NCBI RefSeq assembly: GCF_030013595.1
Contig: NZ_CP122768.1
DNA length: 64,000 nt
DNA from: Escherichia coli
GTDB lineage: Bacteria > Pseudomonadota > Gammaproteobacteria > Enterobacterales > Enterobacteriaceae
Direction: 5' to 3' (one strand)
The notes beneath the pieces were generated by a model. The model ran no database searches. It was not told the origin of the DNA and saw only the letters and a program-made list of their open reading frames with translations. Shown here one piece after another: positions 46,563-54,322 of this stretch (position 1 is the first letter of the stretch; each line of letters begins with the position of its first letter). Both the position numbers and the translations under genes were made by a program.

Positions 46563-47156
46563 TCATGCCCCCGCGAGGCTTGCAACGTTAATTTTAACCA
46601 GGCGACGGGGAGGGATTTTGAAAGCACTAAGCCAGTTATTCGGATCCCCCTGATATTCAGTAATCCGCCGTCCGGCTTCATCCATTCTTACGGTTTTACG
46701 CAAATAGCCCGGCGTATTTTCCACAGCCCACTGAACACTGTCTTTTGCAGCCTGGTAAATCTGATCTTCCAGCACCGCCAGCGTTGCAGAATCTGAAACG
46801 GAACGAATATCCACATCACTGAATTTTTTAGCCAGCTTCTGTGCACCAATTAATGCACGCTTGCGGTAATCCATCGACTTTTCACCAGCAAACGGGGCTG
46901 GAGCGCGACGGCCCATATTGCTGTATGCGGAATCCGCTTTAGCCTGGGCTTCTGCCAGTGAGGATTCATCTTCGACTGACGCGACGATGTTTTTATTCGC
47001 GTCATCCTCGTCCGCTTTTGTGAAATCCTGTGCGGGGATCGCATTCAGAATTTCGATAATCTCCTGCGGAGTGCTGCCCTGCGACTCTGACAGAGCGTTA
47101 ACCACCTCCATCAGTTTTAATCGCAAATCTTCTTTGCTTGCTGGCATTTTTACCAC
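46563..47156 (-). CDS. hypothetical protein (island cargo)
   Basis: 197 aa ORF, acidic central region; no motif I can assign. Confidence 0.55.
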   Translation of the reverse strand: MVKMPASKEDLRLKLMEVVNALSESQGSTPQEIIEILNAIPAQDFTKADEDDANKNIVASVEDESSLAEAQAKADSAYSNMGRRAPAPFAGEKSMDYRKRALIGAQKLAKKFSDVDIRSVSDSATLAVLEDQIYQAAKDSVQWAVENTPGYLRKTVRMDEAGRRITEYQGDPNNWLSAFKIPPRRLVKINVASLAGA

Positions 47157-47186
47157 CTCTCTTTTTTCACCAAAAAATCACGACCA

Positions 47187-47384
47187 TCAGGCCGGACGTT
47201 CTACGGGATAAAGCGCCCGCTGCATTAAACGCCGGGCGACCTCATGAATGCTCGGAGCAATCCCCAGCGGAGAATTGCGGCGTTCCTCGTCCTGGATGCG
47301 CTGTAATGCTTCAATCTGATCACGAGCGAGTAAAACGGGTTTCACGCTGGCTTTTCTCATAGTCATATCTCCTGAACAAAACAA
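47187..47384 (-). CDS. hypothetical small protein, possibly ribbon-helix-helix-like
   Basis: 65 aa ORF with KPVLLARDQIEALQRI segment; start codon uncertain. Confidence 0.4.
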   Translation of the reverse strand: MFCSGDMTMRKASVKPVLLARDQIEALQRIQDEERRNSPLGIAPSIHEVARRLMQRALYPVERPA

Positions 47385-47532
47385 TGATTATGATTGCACA
47401 AACTGAAATAACGATCTACATCATTGCAATTTATGAAACAATAACGCATGATGATCGCGTTCTTCCCATTGACTTCAATCACCTGAAAAACAAAGCCCGC
47501 AACACTTCTGGCTGCGGGTTTTTTACTGGCAC

Positions 47533-47560
47533 AAAAAAGCCGGGAAAAATCCCGGCCTCC
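47533..47560 (-). terminator. terminator after PerC-like gene
   Basis: minus-strand hairpin gccgggatttttcccggc followed by T-run, directly after stop at 47562. Confidence 0.6.
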
Positions 47561-47561
47561 G

Positions 47562-47849
47562 TCACTGACTGCAATTTTTCGATCCAGGGTATTTCCTGAA
47601 TGCCTTACCATTGGGCTGATGTAATCCCATCCCGGCATGTGCCCGGCTGATGGTTTCGCGCATTTCCCCGAAATTATCCTGCCTTGCTGGTGGGCGTGCT
47701 GCCTTGCGGATACATTCCGCGCGACGTTTTGCCGCCTGTTCCCGTGCCTTGTCATCATTCGCCAGCATGATGACCTCAGCCCACCGCGCCGCCGCTCTCC
47801 GGTACAGACCACGCGCTTCCAGTGCTTCCGCTTTGCTGTCGTGAATCAT
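47562..47849 (-). CDS. PerC-family transcriptional regulator-like protein
   Basis: 95 aa with AEALEARGLYRRAAARWAEV motif typical of PerC-like proteins on E. coli mobile elements. Confidence 0.6.
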   Translation of the reverse strand: MIHDSKAEALEARGLYRRAAARWAEVIMLANDDKAREQAAKRRAECIRKAARPPARQDNFGEMRETISRAHAGMGLHQPNGKAFRKYPGSKNCSQ

Positions 47850-48388
47850 GCGCCTGTTTTCTCCTTTGCTGCCCGGCGCTGACGTTTGCGCTTCTCATTC
47901 AGCGCCACCAGCCGCGTTTCTGCGTCCTGTTGTTCCTGTGGTGTCACCTCGCCGCACGGCTGGCCTTTCAGGTCGTAGCGTACCCCACCAGCCATTAAGG
48001 CGCGGTAATAGCGCGGACACTGCGCATAAGATGCCAGCGTCGCACGCAATGCCCCTGGACCGAATGCCAGCCCCCTGACGGCGAGATCCTGCATCAGGTC
48101 GTCGAATATCCCCACCTTAAGCGGCTTCGGTGCTTCCCGGCTGAATAATTCAGGCCACAACTCAGTGAGGCGGTTAACGCGCCTGCGGTTTTTGCGCTGG
48201 CGTTTGGTCATATGCCGCCACGGTGTCGCCCCTGTGGGCTTCTGCTGCGCTTTCTGGTTACCGGGCATCACTTTATGCGCCGATGTGGTTTTATCCTGCT
48301 CCTGCGCCGCCTGCGTCGTTTTCTGCGGCGTGCCGTAAATGCCTTTCGGTTTTCTGTTAATGGTCAGCTTAGTCATGCTTTGCCCCAT
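47846..48388 (-). CDS. ProQ/FinO-domain RNA-binding protein
   Basis: 180 aa; LTELWPELF...PKPLKVGIFDDL...YAQCPRYYRAL...RYDLKGQPCGEV closely resembles ProQ/FinO domain signature. Confidence 0.7.
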   Translation of the reverse strand: MGQSMTKLTINRKPKGIYGTPQKTTQAAQEQDKTTSAHKVMPGNQKAQQKPTGATPWRHMTKRQRKNRRRVNRLTELWPELFSREAPKPLKVGIFDDLMQDLAVRGLAFGPGALRATLASYAQCPRYYRALMAGGVRYDLKGQPCGEVTPQEQQDAETRLVALNEKRKRQRRAAKEKTGA

Positions 48389-48537
48389 CGTTTTTACTGG
48401 TTGCTACGTTGCCCAACGGCACTGACACAACATTCTGTTTTCATTTTTAACATTCCTGATTTTTTAATTCCTCACCTGCTGCACAGTGAAAATTTATGAA
48501 GTTAATAACAATATGATTTTAAATGTATTTTTAAGTA

Positions 48538-48858
48538 CTCACTTTTTAATCCTTATATATACGCAAAAGTGAGGTAAATAGTTAAGTTTTAGTTAATATC
48601 TTGCATGGTGTGTTTTTTAACCTACCTGTTATTTTTATTACCTCATTTCTATTAACTCACCATTCCTCACTTTTGTTCCTCACTTTTTATTATTCTTGTT
48701 CTGCTCCTCAGTCGTTTTCTTTATTGTTGTAATCTGTTGTTTTGCAATGTGTTTTTAACTCCTCACTTTTTGACCTATATACAGGTGAGAAAGTGAGGAG
48801 TGGCGTTGATTTTTTGTTAAATTACCCGCCATCCTCACTTTTGCTCCTCACTTTTTAC
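48538..48858. repeat. iteron array in AT-rich region (putative island replication origin)
   Basis: at least 8 copies of TCCTCACTTTT in both orientations directly after the replication gene stop. Confidence 0.75.
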
Positions 48859-50270
48859 AGTGGGCGCACATAATCACCGTCAATAGCGATTACGCCGTCG
48901 CTTTCCAGCTTGTACAGCCAGCGCCGGAAGTGTTTCATCTCATACCCCAGCTTTTTCATATCATCGCGGAGAAGGGCGATAGTGCACGCCTCCCCGTGTG
49001 CTGTTCGCGTTCTGATGCACTGCCATAGCGCAGCGTGATTTTCCGTCTTGTTCCCGGCCTCCTCGATGCGTTCCAGTTCAACAGGTGGGCGCGGCTTATC
49101 CACAACCACCAGCGACGTGATTAACTCCCCGTCAGTGTCGGTAAAAAGCTCCACCACGCGTAAATCATATGCAGCCTCTTTCAGTTCCTCCGCGTCCTTC
49201 ATTTTGGTGCAGGAGATAACCAGGGCTTCACTGTCCGCACCTTCACGGCGAATACGGTATTCAGCGTCCAGAGATGCACGAAATGCACTGGAACCACGCG
49301 CCCCTTTTGTTTCATCCTTGCCGGAATGGTGAACCACCAGTACCGTGGCCCCTGTGCGTCGTTTCAGTTCGTCACATCCACGGATAAACGCCCCCATATC
49401 CCGCGCGTCATTTTCATCATTACCGCCAAAGCAACGCGCCAGCGTATCCAGAATAATCATGCGTACCGGTTTACCCGTTTCCCGTTCAACCTGACGGGAA
49501 GCGATGACCATTTCATCAACATCAAGCGGGACCGCCGGAAAAATCGGGCGGTTTACCAGGTACAGATTTTTCACCCGTTCATCATTAACGATTTCCCATG
49601 CTTTGATACGACGAGGAACACCGATCCCGCCCTCACCAACGACATACATAACCGCACCATGTACAACCCTGCGACCTCCCCAGTGGCGACCAGTGGCAAC
49701 ATGACACGCCCAGGAACACGCGAGGAACGATTTATAGGAACCGCTCGCGCCGTATGTGCTGCACAACGAATTAGCCGGAATCACGCCCTTAACGACATAA
49801 TCAAGCTGTGTGTCGTATCCTGCAGATCCAATACTCATTGGTAGCGTGGTTTTTCGCTGGCTGTATTGCTCGTCAGTAAGTATTTCCCCGCGCTCTGCCT
49901 GTTCGCGGATCCGTTGCAGGTAGTCGTGCCAGTTCTCCAGCTTCTGGCTGTGCATTCCCTCAGGGTAATAATTCGCATCCCGTACACCTGCCGCCGCCAG
50001 TTTTTGCCCGATGGCATTAATATTTGACGGCTTGATGTGGCCTGCCTTGTACAGCCGGACACAATAGCGACCATCGTCGATAATTTTCAGGTCTGCCAGT
50101 TCGTCAAGCTGGCTGTCTCCCAGCCATACAGGCGGAACATTGTCGCCAGCAAGTCGCCCGTCCTGTTCCTGCCATTGTTTCGCGTGCGCCCAGGCATCAC
50201 TACCCGCAAAAATAATGACTTCGGTCATTTTGTCGTGTGGCTGTTTTTTTAAGTTCGGTGCCAGTTTCAT
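48855..50270 (-). CDS. replication initiator ATPase/helicase (RecA-fold, primase-associated type)
   Basis: 471 aa with Walker A GASGSYKS and Walker B-like RMIILDTL; followed by iterons. Confidence 0.7.
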   Translation of the reverse strand: MKLAPNLKKQPHDKMTEVIIFAGSDAWAHAKQWQEQDGRLAGDNVPPVWLGDSQLDELADLKIIDDGRYCVRLYKAGHIKPSNINAIGQKLAAAGVRDANYYPEGMHSQKLENWHDYLQRIREQAERGEILTDEQYSQRKTTLPMSIGSAGYDTQLDYVVKGVIPANSLCSTYGASGSYKSFLACSWACHVATGRHWGGRRVVHGAVMYVVGEGGIGVPRRIKAWEIVNDERVKNLYLVNRPIFPAVPLDVDEMVIASRQVERETGKPVRMIILDTLARCFGGNDENDARDMGAFIRGCDELKRRTGATVLVVHHSGKDETKGARGSSAFRASLDAEYRIRREGADSEALVISCTKMKDAEELKEAAYDLRVVELFTDTDGELITSLVVVDKPRPPVELERIEEAGNKTENHAALWQCIRTRTAHGEACTIALLRDDMKKLGYEMKHFRRWLYKLESDGVIAIDGDYVRPL

Positions 50271-50566
50271 TTTGTGCCCCTGAATGCGTTAATCATGTTT
50301 TTCATTTTCTGAATATTTGCCCGTGCCTTTGCGTTGCTGGTGGGCTGTTTGCGTGGTGTGGCCTGTATCAGTGAAAAATCACGCCGGAACTGATAAACAG
50401 GCATCACGCAGTCGTAGCTGTACCCATCACGGCGGTAAGTAACGCACCGTCCGGCAATACTTTTAATCGTTACCGTGCCGCCGTAGTTATCCCGGAAAAT
50501 ATCGCCGGGGCGGATTTCAGGCCGAGGGAGACCACTGGCAGTAAAGCCAGAATTTTTCTTTTTCAT
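50267..50566 (-). CDS. hypothetical protein
   Basis: 99 aa ORF, start overlaps upstream gene stop (operon). Confidence 0.5.
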   Translation of the reverse strand: MKKKNSGFTASGLPRPEIRPGDIFRDNYGGTVTIKSIAGRCVTYRRDGYSYDCVMPVYQFRRDFSLIQATPRKQPTSNAKARANIQKMKNMINAFRGTK

Positions 50567-50570
50567 GGTT

Positions 50571-50771
50571 TTATTTTCCTGTCAGCAGTTCCGGTTTTAT
50601 TTCCGCACGAATACAGAGTTCAGAAAAAAATTCAGGAGAACCAACAATCTCATTACTTTTCAGTCGGCATTGTGATTTCACTTTCCCTTTATCCAGGTAA
50701 ACCAGTATGCGTCCGGTGAAATCATCTGGCACACTCAGGGTAATTGTCATTGTTGCTTGCTGATTATCCAT
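50571..50771 (-). CDS. hypothetical small protein, single copy of a ~55 aa repeated domain
   Basis: 66 aa; motif DDFTGRILVYLDKGKV...GSPEFFSEL homologous to both halves of the upstream 121 aa protein. Confidence 0.55.
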   Translation of the reverse strand: MDNQQATMTITLSVPDDFTGRILVYLDKGKVKSQCRLKSNEIVGSPEFFSELCIRAEIKPELLTGK

Positions 50772-51129
50772 GATTCACCCCCTGAATAACCTGATAACCG
50801 CAACTGGTCAGCAATTCGATAAATTCCGGCAGTGTTCCGAAACAGCAATCATCTCGCAGCCGTTCTCGGGATACTTCAACGCCGTTTTCGTAGTGACTCA
50901 CCATGCGTCCGGTAAAATGCAGATCATCATCGTGATGGCTCGTTAACGGCTTAATCAGTCGCGCACGTTCTGCCAGCTCCAGCAATGCTTCAACGCTTCC
51001 GGCAATTGCACCATCCGGCAGGTGATAATTACTTGCCACGCGTCCATTCTCCACGTTAACCAGTAGCTGCCCGGTGAATTTCTCATCAAACTGAATGCTG
51101 TTAAGGTCAGAAATTGACAGGTTAATCAT
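50764..51129 (-). CDS. hypothetical protein, tandem duplication of the same ~55 aa domain
   Basis: 121 aa; EKFTGQLLVNVENGRV...GSVEALLEL and LHFTGRMVSHYENGVEV...GTLPEFIELL. Confidence 0.55.
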   Translation of the reverse strand: MINLSISDLNSIQFDEKFTGQLLVNVENGRVASNYHLPDGAIAGSVEALLELAERARLIKPLTSHHDDDLHFTGRMVSHYENGVEVSRERLRDDCCFGTLPEFIELLTSCGYQVIQGVNHG

Positions 51130-51325
51130 GGCGTACCTCCTGGCGAATACGGGCAGCGAATACCATCACGCAGCCATCAGGAGATTGCTGACGCGCTTCC
51201 TGTTCGCTGGTGGCCTCAATGGTAATCACGCGCGGTTGTGCCGTGCTCAGGGCGATAAAACGCCAGATGTATTTATTCAGGTTGTGCGAGTCCCGCCCTT
51301 GCGGGTGTGTGGTATGATTTCTCAT
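51122..51325 (-). CDS. hypothetical small protein, first gene of island operon
   Basis: 67 aa with SD gaggt before ATG at 51325; overlaps next gene start (ATGATTAA). Confidence 0.45.
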   Translation of the reverse strand: MRNHTTHPQGRDSHNLNKYIWRFIALSTAQPRVITIEATSEQEARQQSPDGCVMVFAARIRQEVRHD

Positions 51326-51420
51326 AGCTACCTCGATACTCTTTCTATCGTTGGTGGTTAGAAGCCCCGTTACTGCTCCAACAGTGCGGGGTTTCGTCGT
51401 TTCTGTGCCTTGCATTAACA

Positions 51421-51505
51421 AGGTGTAAGACACAATGTAAAATACAAGTGTCTTACACGTCAAGCCTTCAAAATAATTTTTTTTCGTGTATATTGTCTTA
51501 CACCA
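51421..51505. promoter_or_regulatory. operator cluster: three copies of GTGTAAGACAC / GTGTCTTACAC
   Basis: ggtgtaagacac (51421), gtgtcttacacg (51449), ttgtcttacacc (51493) between divergent island transcription units. Confidence 0.6.
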
Positions 51506-51524
51506 ACAACATAAGGAGTTAGAC

Positions 51525-51704
51525 ATGGCAACAGGTCCAAAGAATGCAAAATCACAATCTGTAACTGCACGTATTGCCCATGAAATTATTGAAGGCATGG
51601 AAAACGTGAAAGAAGAAGGCGAAAGTACAGGGCAGTTTATAAGTGCAGCCATGCGCGGCGAGATCAAACGCCGCCAGCGCCGCAAGGCCAAAGAGCAGGA
51701 ATAG
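51525..51704 (+). CDS. small DNA-binding regulator, ribbon-helix-helix-like (candidate island repressor)
   Basis: 59 aa from MATGPKN with RBS aaggag; SVTARIAHEIIEGM resembles an RHH beta-strand/helix; divergent from operon. Confidence 0.5.
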   Translation: MATGPKNAKSQSVTARIAHEIIEGMENVKEEGESTGQFISAAMRGEIKRRQRRKAKEQE

Positions 51705-51805
51705 CCCACCAGCAAGCCAGCACACTGATCACATTGCCAACCGGATGTAATCACGGCATAGTAATCATCTCTCTTGCGTTGGGGATAACGCGCAATTAGT
51801 GTTGA

Positions 51806-51836
51806 AGGGCCACCGTAGCGGGTGGCCTTTTCTTTG
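51806..51836 (+). terminator. rho-independent terminator
   Basis: ggccaccgtagcgggtggcc hairpin plus ttttcttt. Confidence 0.55.
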
Positions 51837-51986
51837 CCTGTTATCCGGCAATTGTGGCGCTTCGCCACACGGTTGATATAATTCCCCTGCACTGATCCAT
51901 TTTTTTCGCAGCAGGTTAATTGTTCGCAAGGGCGCTCCGGTAACGGGGCGCTTTTTGTTATGTTCATCGCGTTACGCCTCACACCA

Positions 51987-52193
51987 TTACGCAGCCGTTC
52001 CGCGCGCTTCTTCCTCGCGCTCTTTCAGCCAGGCCAGCACTTCATCTTCATACCAGCCAACACGACGCAGACCGATTTTGAATCCTTTCGGGAATTTTCC
52101 GGCGTTGATCATGTCCTGTAGCGAACTGTCTGCCTTGATGCGCAGAATATTTTTTACTTCCTGACGGGTAAGAATTTTTCTGATTACTTCCAT
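51987..52193 (-). CDS. alpA: AlpA-family phage regulatory protein (excisionase/activator-like)
   Basis: 68 aa; ...GKFPKGFKIGLRRVGWYEDEVLAWL matches the AlpA HTH signature. Confidence 0.75.
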   Translation of the reverse strand: MEVIRKILTRQEVKNILRIKADSSLQDMINAGKFPKGFKIGLRRVGWYEDEVLAWLKEREEEARGTAA

Positions 52194-52261
52194 CGTGTTT
52201 TACCTCATTAATCCGGCGTATTCCGGTGATAAATACGGTAAAACAGGGCAGGGCGGGAAAA

Positions 52262-52295
52262 ACAGTACCCACCGTTTTAAAACGGTACCCACTGT
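52262..52295. promoter_or_regulatory. palindrome ACCGTTTTAAAACGGT flanked by GTACCCAC repeats upstream of alpA
   Basis: perfect 16 bp palindrome 52271..52286 about 80 bp upstream of alpA start. Confidence 0.4.
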
Positions 52296-52325
52296 TTTTT
52301 ATCTCATTGATTTCGCTTTCTTTTT

Positions 52326-52358
52326 GCAAAAAAATAGCGACCGCAAGGGCCGCTATTG
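52326..52358 (-). terminator. terminator after the 80 aa ORF
   Basis: minus-strand hairpin atagcggcccttgcggtcgctat followed by T-run. Confidence 0.55.
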
Positions 52359-52361
52359 TGA

Positions 52362-52604
52362 TTACCGCTTCCACTTCTTAGGTCGCCCACCGCATTTAAG
52401 GCTGGTGGGTCTCAGCACCTTGTCGATGCTTTCAGCCAGATTTTTCGATGCGCCACGCGAGCGCAAAAAACTGACTACCTCGTGTTTTGTGGGGGCTGTT
52501 GATTTGTCTTCCGGATCGTACGTTGACCAGAATTCACGATTTGCCATTAAGGCCAACTGAAGACCTTCACCATAGGCAGGGGATACCTTTTCATTGAAAA
52601 ACAC
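52362..52604 (-). CDS. hypothetical small protein between int and alpA
   Basis: 80 aa ORF followed directly by a terminator; basic C-terminus. Confidence 0.4.
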   Translation of the reverse strand: MFFNEKVSPAYGEGLQLALMANREFWSTYDPEDKSTAPTKHEVVSFLRSRGASKNLAESIDKVLRPTSLKCGGRPKKWKR

Positions 52605-52720
52605 CTGGATAGCTCCTTGAATTTCATGATTTGGGTGACTCCTCTCTGTATTGGGTGGGTTGTGGCGATTATACGATGGTTTAGCATGGTTTGCATCGCT
52701 TTTACTGGTTTTTTGTACAG

Positions 52721-53962
52721 TTATACGGCACGGATACCCCTTTTACCACTGGCTATGGTCACTCCAGTTGCTGCGGCCTCTACAAATTCCCCCCACCAGC
52801 GCATAAGCACCACGCGCTTTTCCAGGTAGTTACTTCGGTTATATGCTCGCCTTACCTCGTTCGTGTCCACGTGTGCGAGTGCGGCCTCGATTACGTCCGG
52901 CTCGAATCCTTCCTCGTTCGCTGCTGTACTGAATATGGCGCGTAATCCGTGAGACACCAGCACACCAGCGTAACCCATCCGGCGTAATGCAGCGTTAGCG
53001 GTCTGGCTGCTCATTGGTAGCATTGGATTTTTAAGGCTGGGAAAAACATGTTCCCTGTGTGCGCTGATTGGCTTCATGGTTTCCAGTACAGCCATAGCCT
53101 GACCGCAAAGGGGGATCACATGGTCACGGCGCATCTTCATGCGTCCGGCTGGAATCGTCCAGGTTTCGGCATCGAGATCTATTTCTTCCCAGCGTGCGGC
53201 GGCTGCTTCGGCTGGGCGTGCTACGGTCAACAGTTGCCACTCGATCAGCAATCTGGTTTGCCGTTCTATGCTGGCGACCGATAAATCGTGCATTAGCTGC
53301 GGTAGCTGTTCCGGTCGGATGGTTGGCATGTGCTTTTTGGTGGGTGAGGGAAATGCCTTGCGGACGTTAGCAGCGGTGTTGATGTCAATCAGCCCACTGT
53401 TGGCGGCAAAATCCATCACTTCATTGATGCGCTGCAAAACGCGTTTCAGTGTTTCCAGGTTGCCGCGTGCTTTAATGGGGGTGAGTATCTCAACAAAGCG
53501 GCGAGCGGTGAGGGTATCTATTGGCGTGTTTCCGATGTACGGGAATACGTATTTTTCCAGGGATCGCCAGATATCCTTAATCGTGTTGTAAGCCAGATTC
53601 TGGCCTTTTTTCATCTCGTACCAGTCCGAGGCAACTTTTTCGAACGTGTTGCCCTTTTTCCGACTCTCTGCTTCACGTTTCCGGCGTTCGTGGTCCTGTG
53701 GGTCAACTCCCTTCGCTATGAGTGACCTGTATTCATTCCGTCGTTCTCTGGCATCGGACAGGGAAACATCATTCAGCGATCCGAGGCTGATGATAGTCCG
53801 TTTTTTATCTGCCGGGCGGTAGTACGTAAAACGCCAGATTTTTGATCCGGAGGGTTTCACCAGAAGAAATAATCCTCCGCCATCCTGCAGGGTGTATTCC
53901 TTTTCCCCTGGTCGTGCGTTTTTGATCTCCGTAATAGTTAGTGGGGTGGTTTTTCGTGCCAT
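52721..53962 (-). CDS. int: tyrosine-type site-specific integrase (P4-like)
   Basis: 413 aa; N-terminal arm-binding-like domain, C-terminal catalytic region with HGLRA...RRAYNRSNY; adjacent to tRNA. Confidence 0.9.
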   Translation of the reverse strand: MARKTTPLTITEIKNARPGEKEYTLQDGGGLFLLVKPSGSKIWRFTYYRPADKKRTIISLGSLNDVSLSDARERRNEYRSLIAKGVDPQDHERRKREAESRKKGNTFEKVASDWYEMKKGQNLAYNTIKDIWRSLEKYVFPYIGNTPIDTLTARRFVEILTPIKARGNLETLKRVLQRINEVMDFAANSGLIDINTAANVRKAFPSPTKKHMPTIRPEQLPQLMHDLSVASIERQTRLLIEWQLLTVARPAEAAAARWEEIDLDAETWTIPAGRMKMRRDHVIPLCGQAMAVLETMKPISAHREHVFPSLKNPMLPMSSQTANAALRRMGYAGVLVSHGLRAIFSTAANEEGFEPDVIEAALAHVDTNEVRRAYNRSNYLEKRVVLMRWWGEFVEAAATGVTIASGKRGIRAV

Positions 53963-53978
53963 GTTTTTTTACTCATCG

Positions 53979-54053
53979 GTAGCTATATGCCTGGTCGTAG
54001 CTATACGGCTTTAGCTACACGCTGGACCGTATAGCTAAACGTGTAGCTAAAAA
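53979..54053 (+). repeat. cluster of five GTAGCTA(T/A)A-type repeats (putative integrase arm sites), including the 25 bp copy at 54029..54053
   Basis: gtagctata, cgtagctatacgg, ttagctacacg, gtatagctaaacg, gtgtagctaaaaa. Confidence 0.6.
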
Positions 54054-54171
54054 ATCCGGTTATAACCCTATCTTACCGATTCAATCCGGCGACTGAAAAC
54101 AACAAAAAAGCCCGTTAATCAGTAAATTAACGGGCTTTCAATAGGTTACCGATGCTGTCCGATATTCGATT

Positions 54172-54248
54172 TGGTCGGCACGAGAGGATTTGAACCTCCG
54201 ACCCCCGACACCCCATGACGGTGCGCTACCAGGCTGCGCTACGTGCCG
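54172..54248 (-). tRNA. proL: tRNA-Pro (anticodon GGG)
   Basis: minus-strand 77 nt CGGCACGTAGCGCAGCCTGGTAGCGCACCGTCATGGGGTGTCGGGGGTCGGAGGTTCAAATCCTCTCGTGCCGACCA. Confidence 0.95.
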
Positions 54249-54322
54249 ACTCGTGGCTGTTAATACTACCGTTTTCCACACCGATTGCAAGTAAGATATT
54301 TTGCTAACTGATTTATAATTAA

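Larger units (their letters stand above)
43972..54171. mobile_element. integrated satellite-like genomic island (PICI/P4-like) at the 3' end of tRNA-Pro proL
   Basis: tyrosine integrase next to tRNA 3' end; AlpA; replication ATPase plus iterons; degenerate copy of tRNA 3' end at 43972..43998; shared 25 bp repeat near both ends. Confidence 0.75.

Noticed and set aside
48538-48858. Possible CRISPR array
   Set aside because: Repeats are only about 11 bp, occur in both orientations with irregular spacing, and there are no cas genes; iterons are the better explanation. The same reasoning applies to the 44881..45140 array.
49326-49844. 172 aa plus-strand ORF; also 53139..53591
   Set aside because: Antisense to the replication ATPase gene and the integrase gene respectively.
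51122-51982. 286 aa minus-strand ORF spanning the island regulatory region
   Set aside because: The N-terminal approximately 220 codons cross the operator cluster, the divergent regulator gene and terminators, and have Cys/Trp/Arg-rich low-complexity translation. Only the 3' 67 codons (51122..51325), which have an SD and are coupled to the next gene, are kept.
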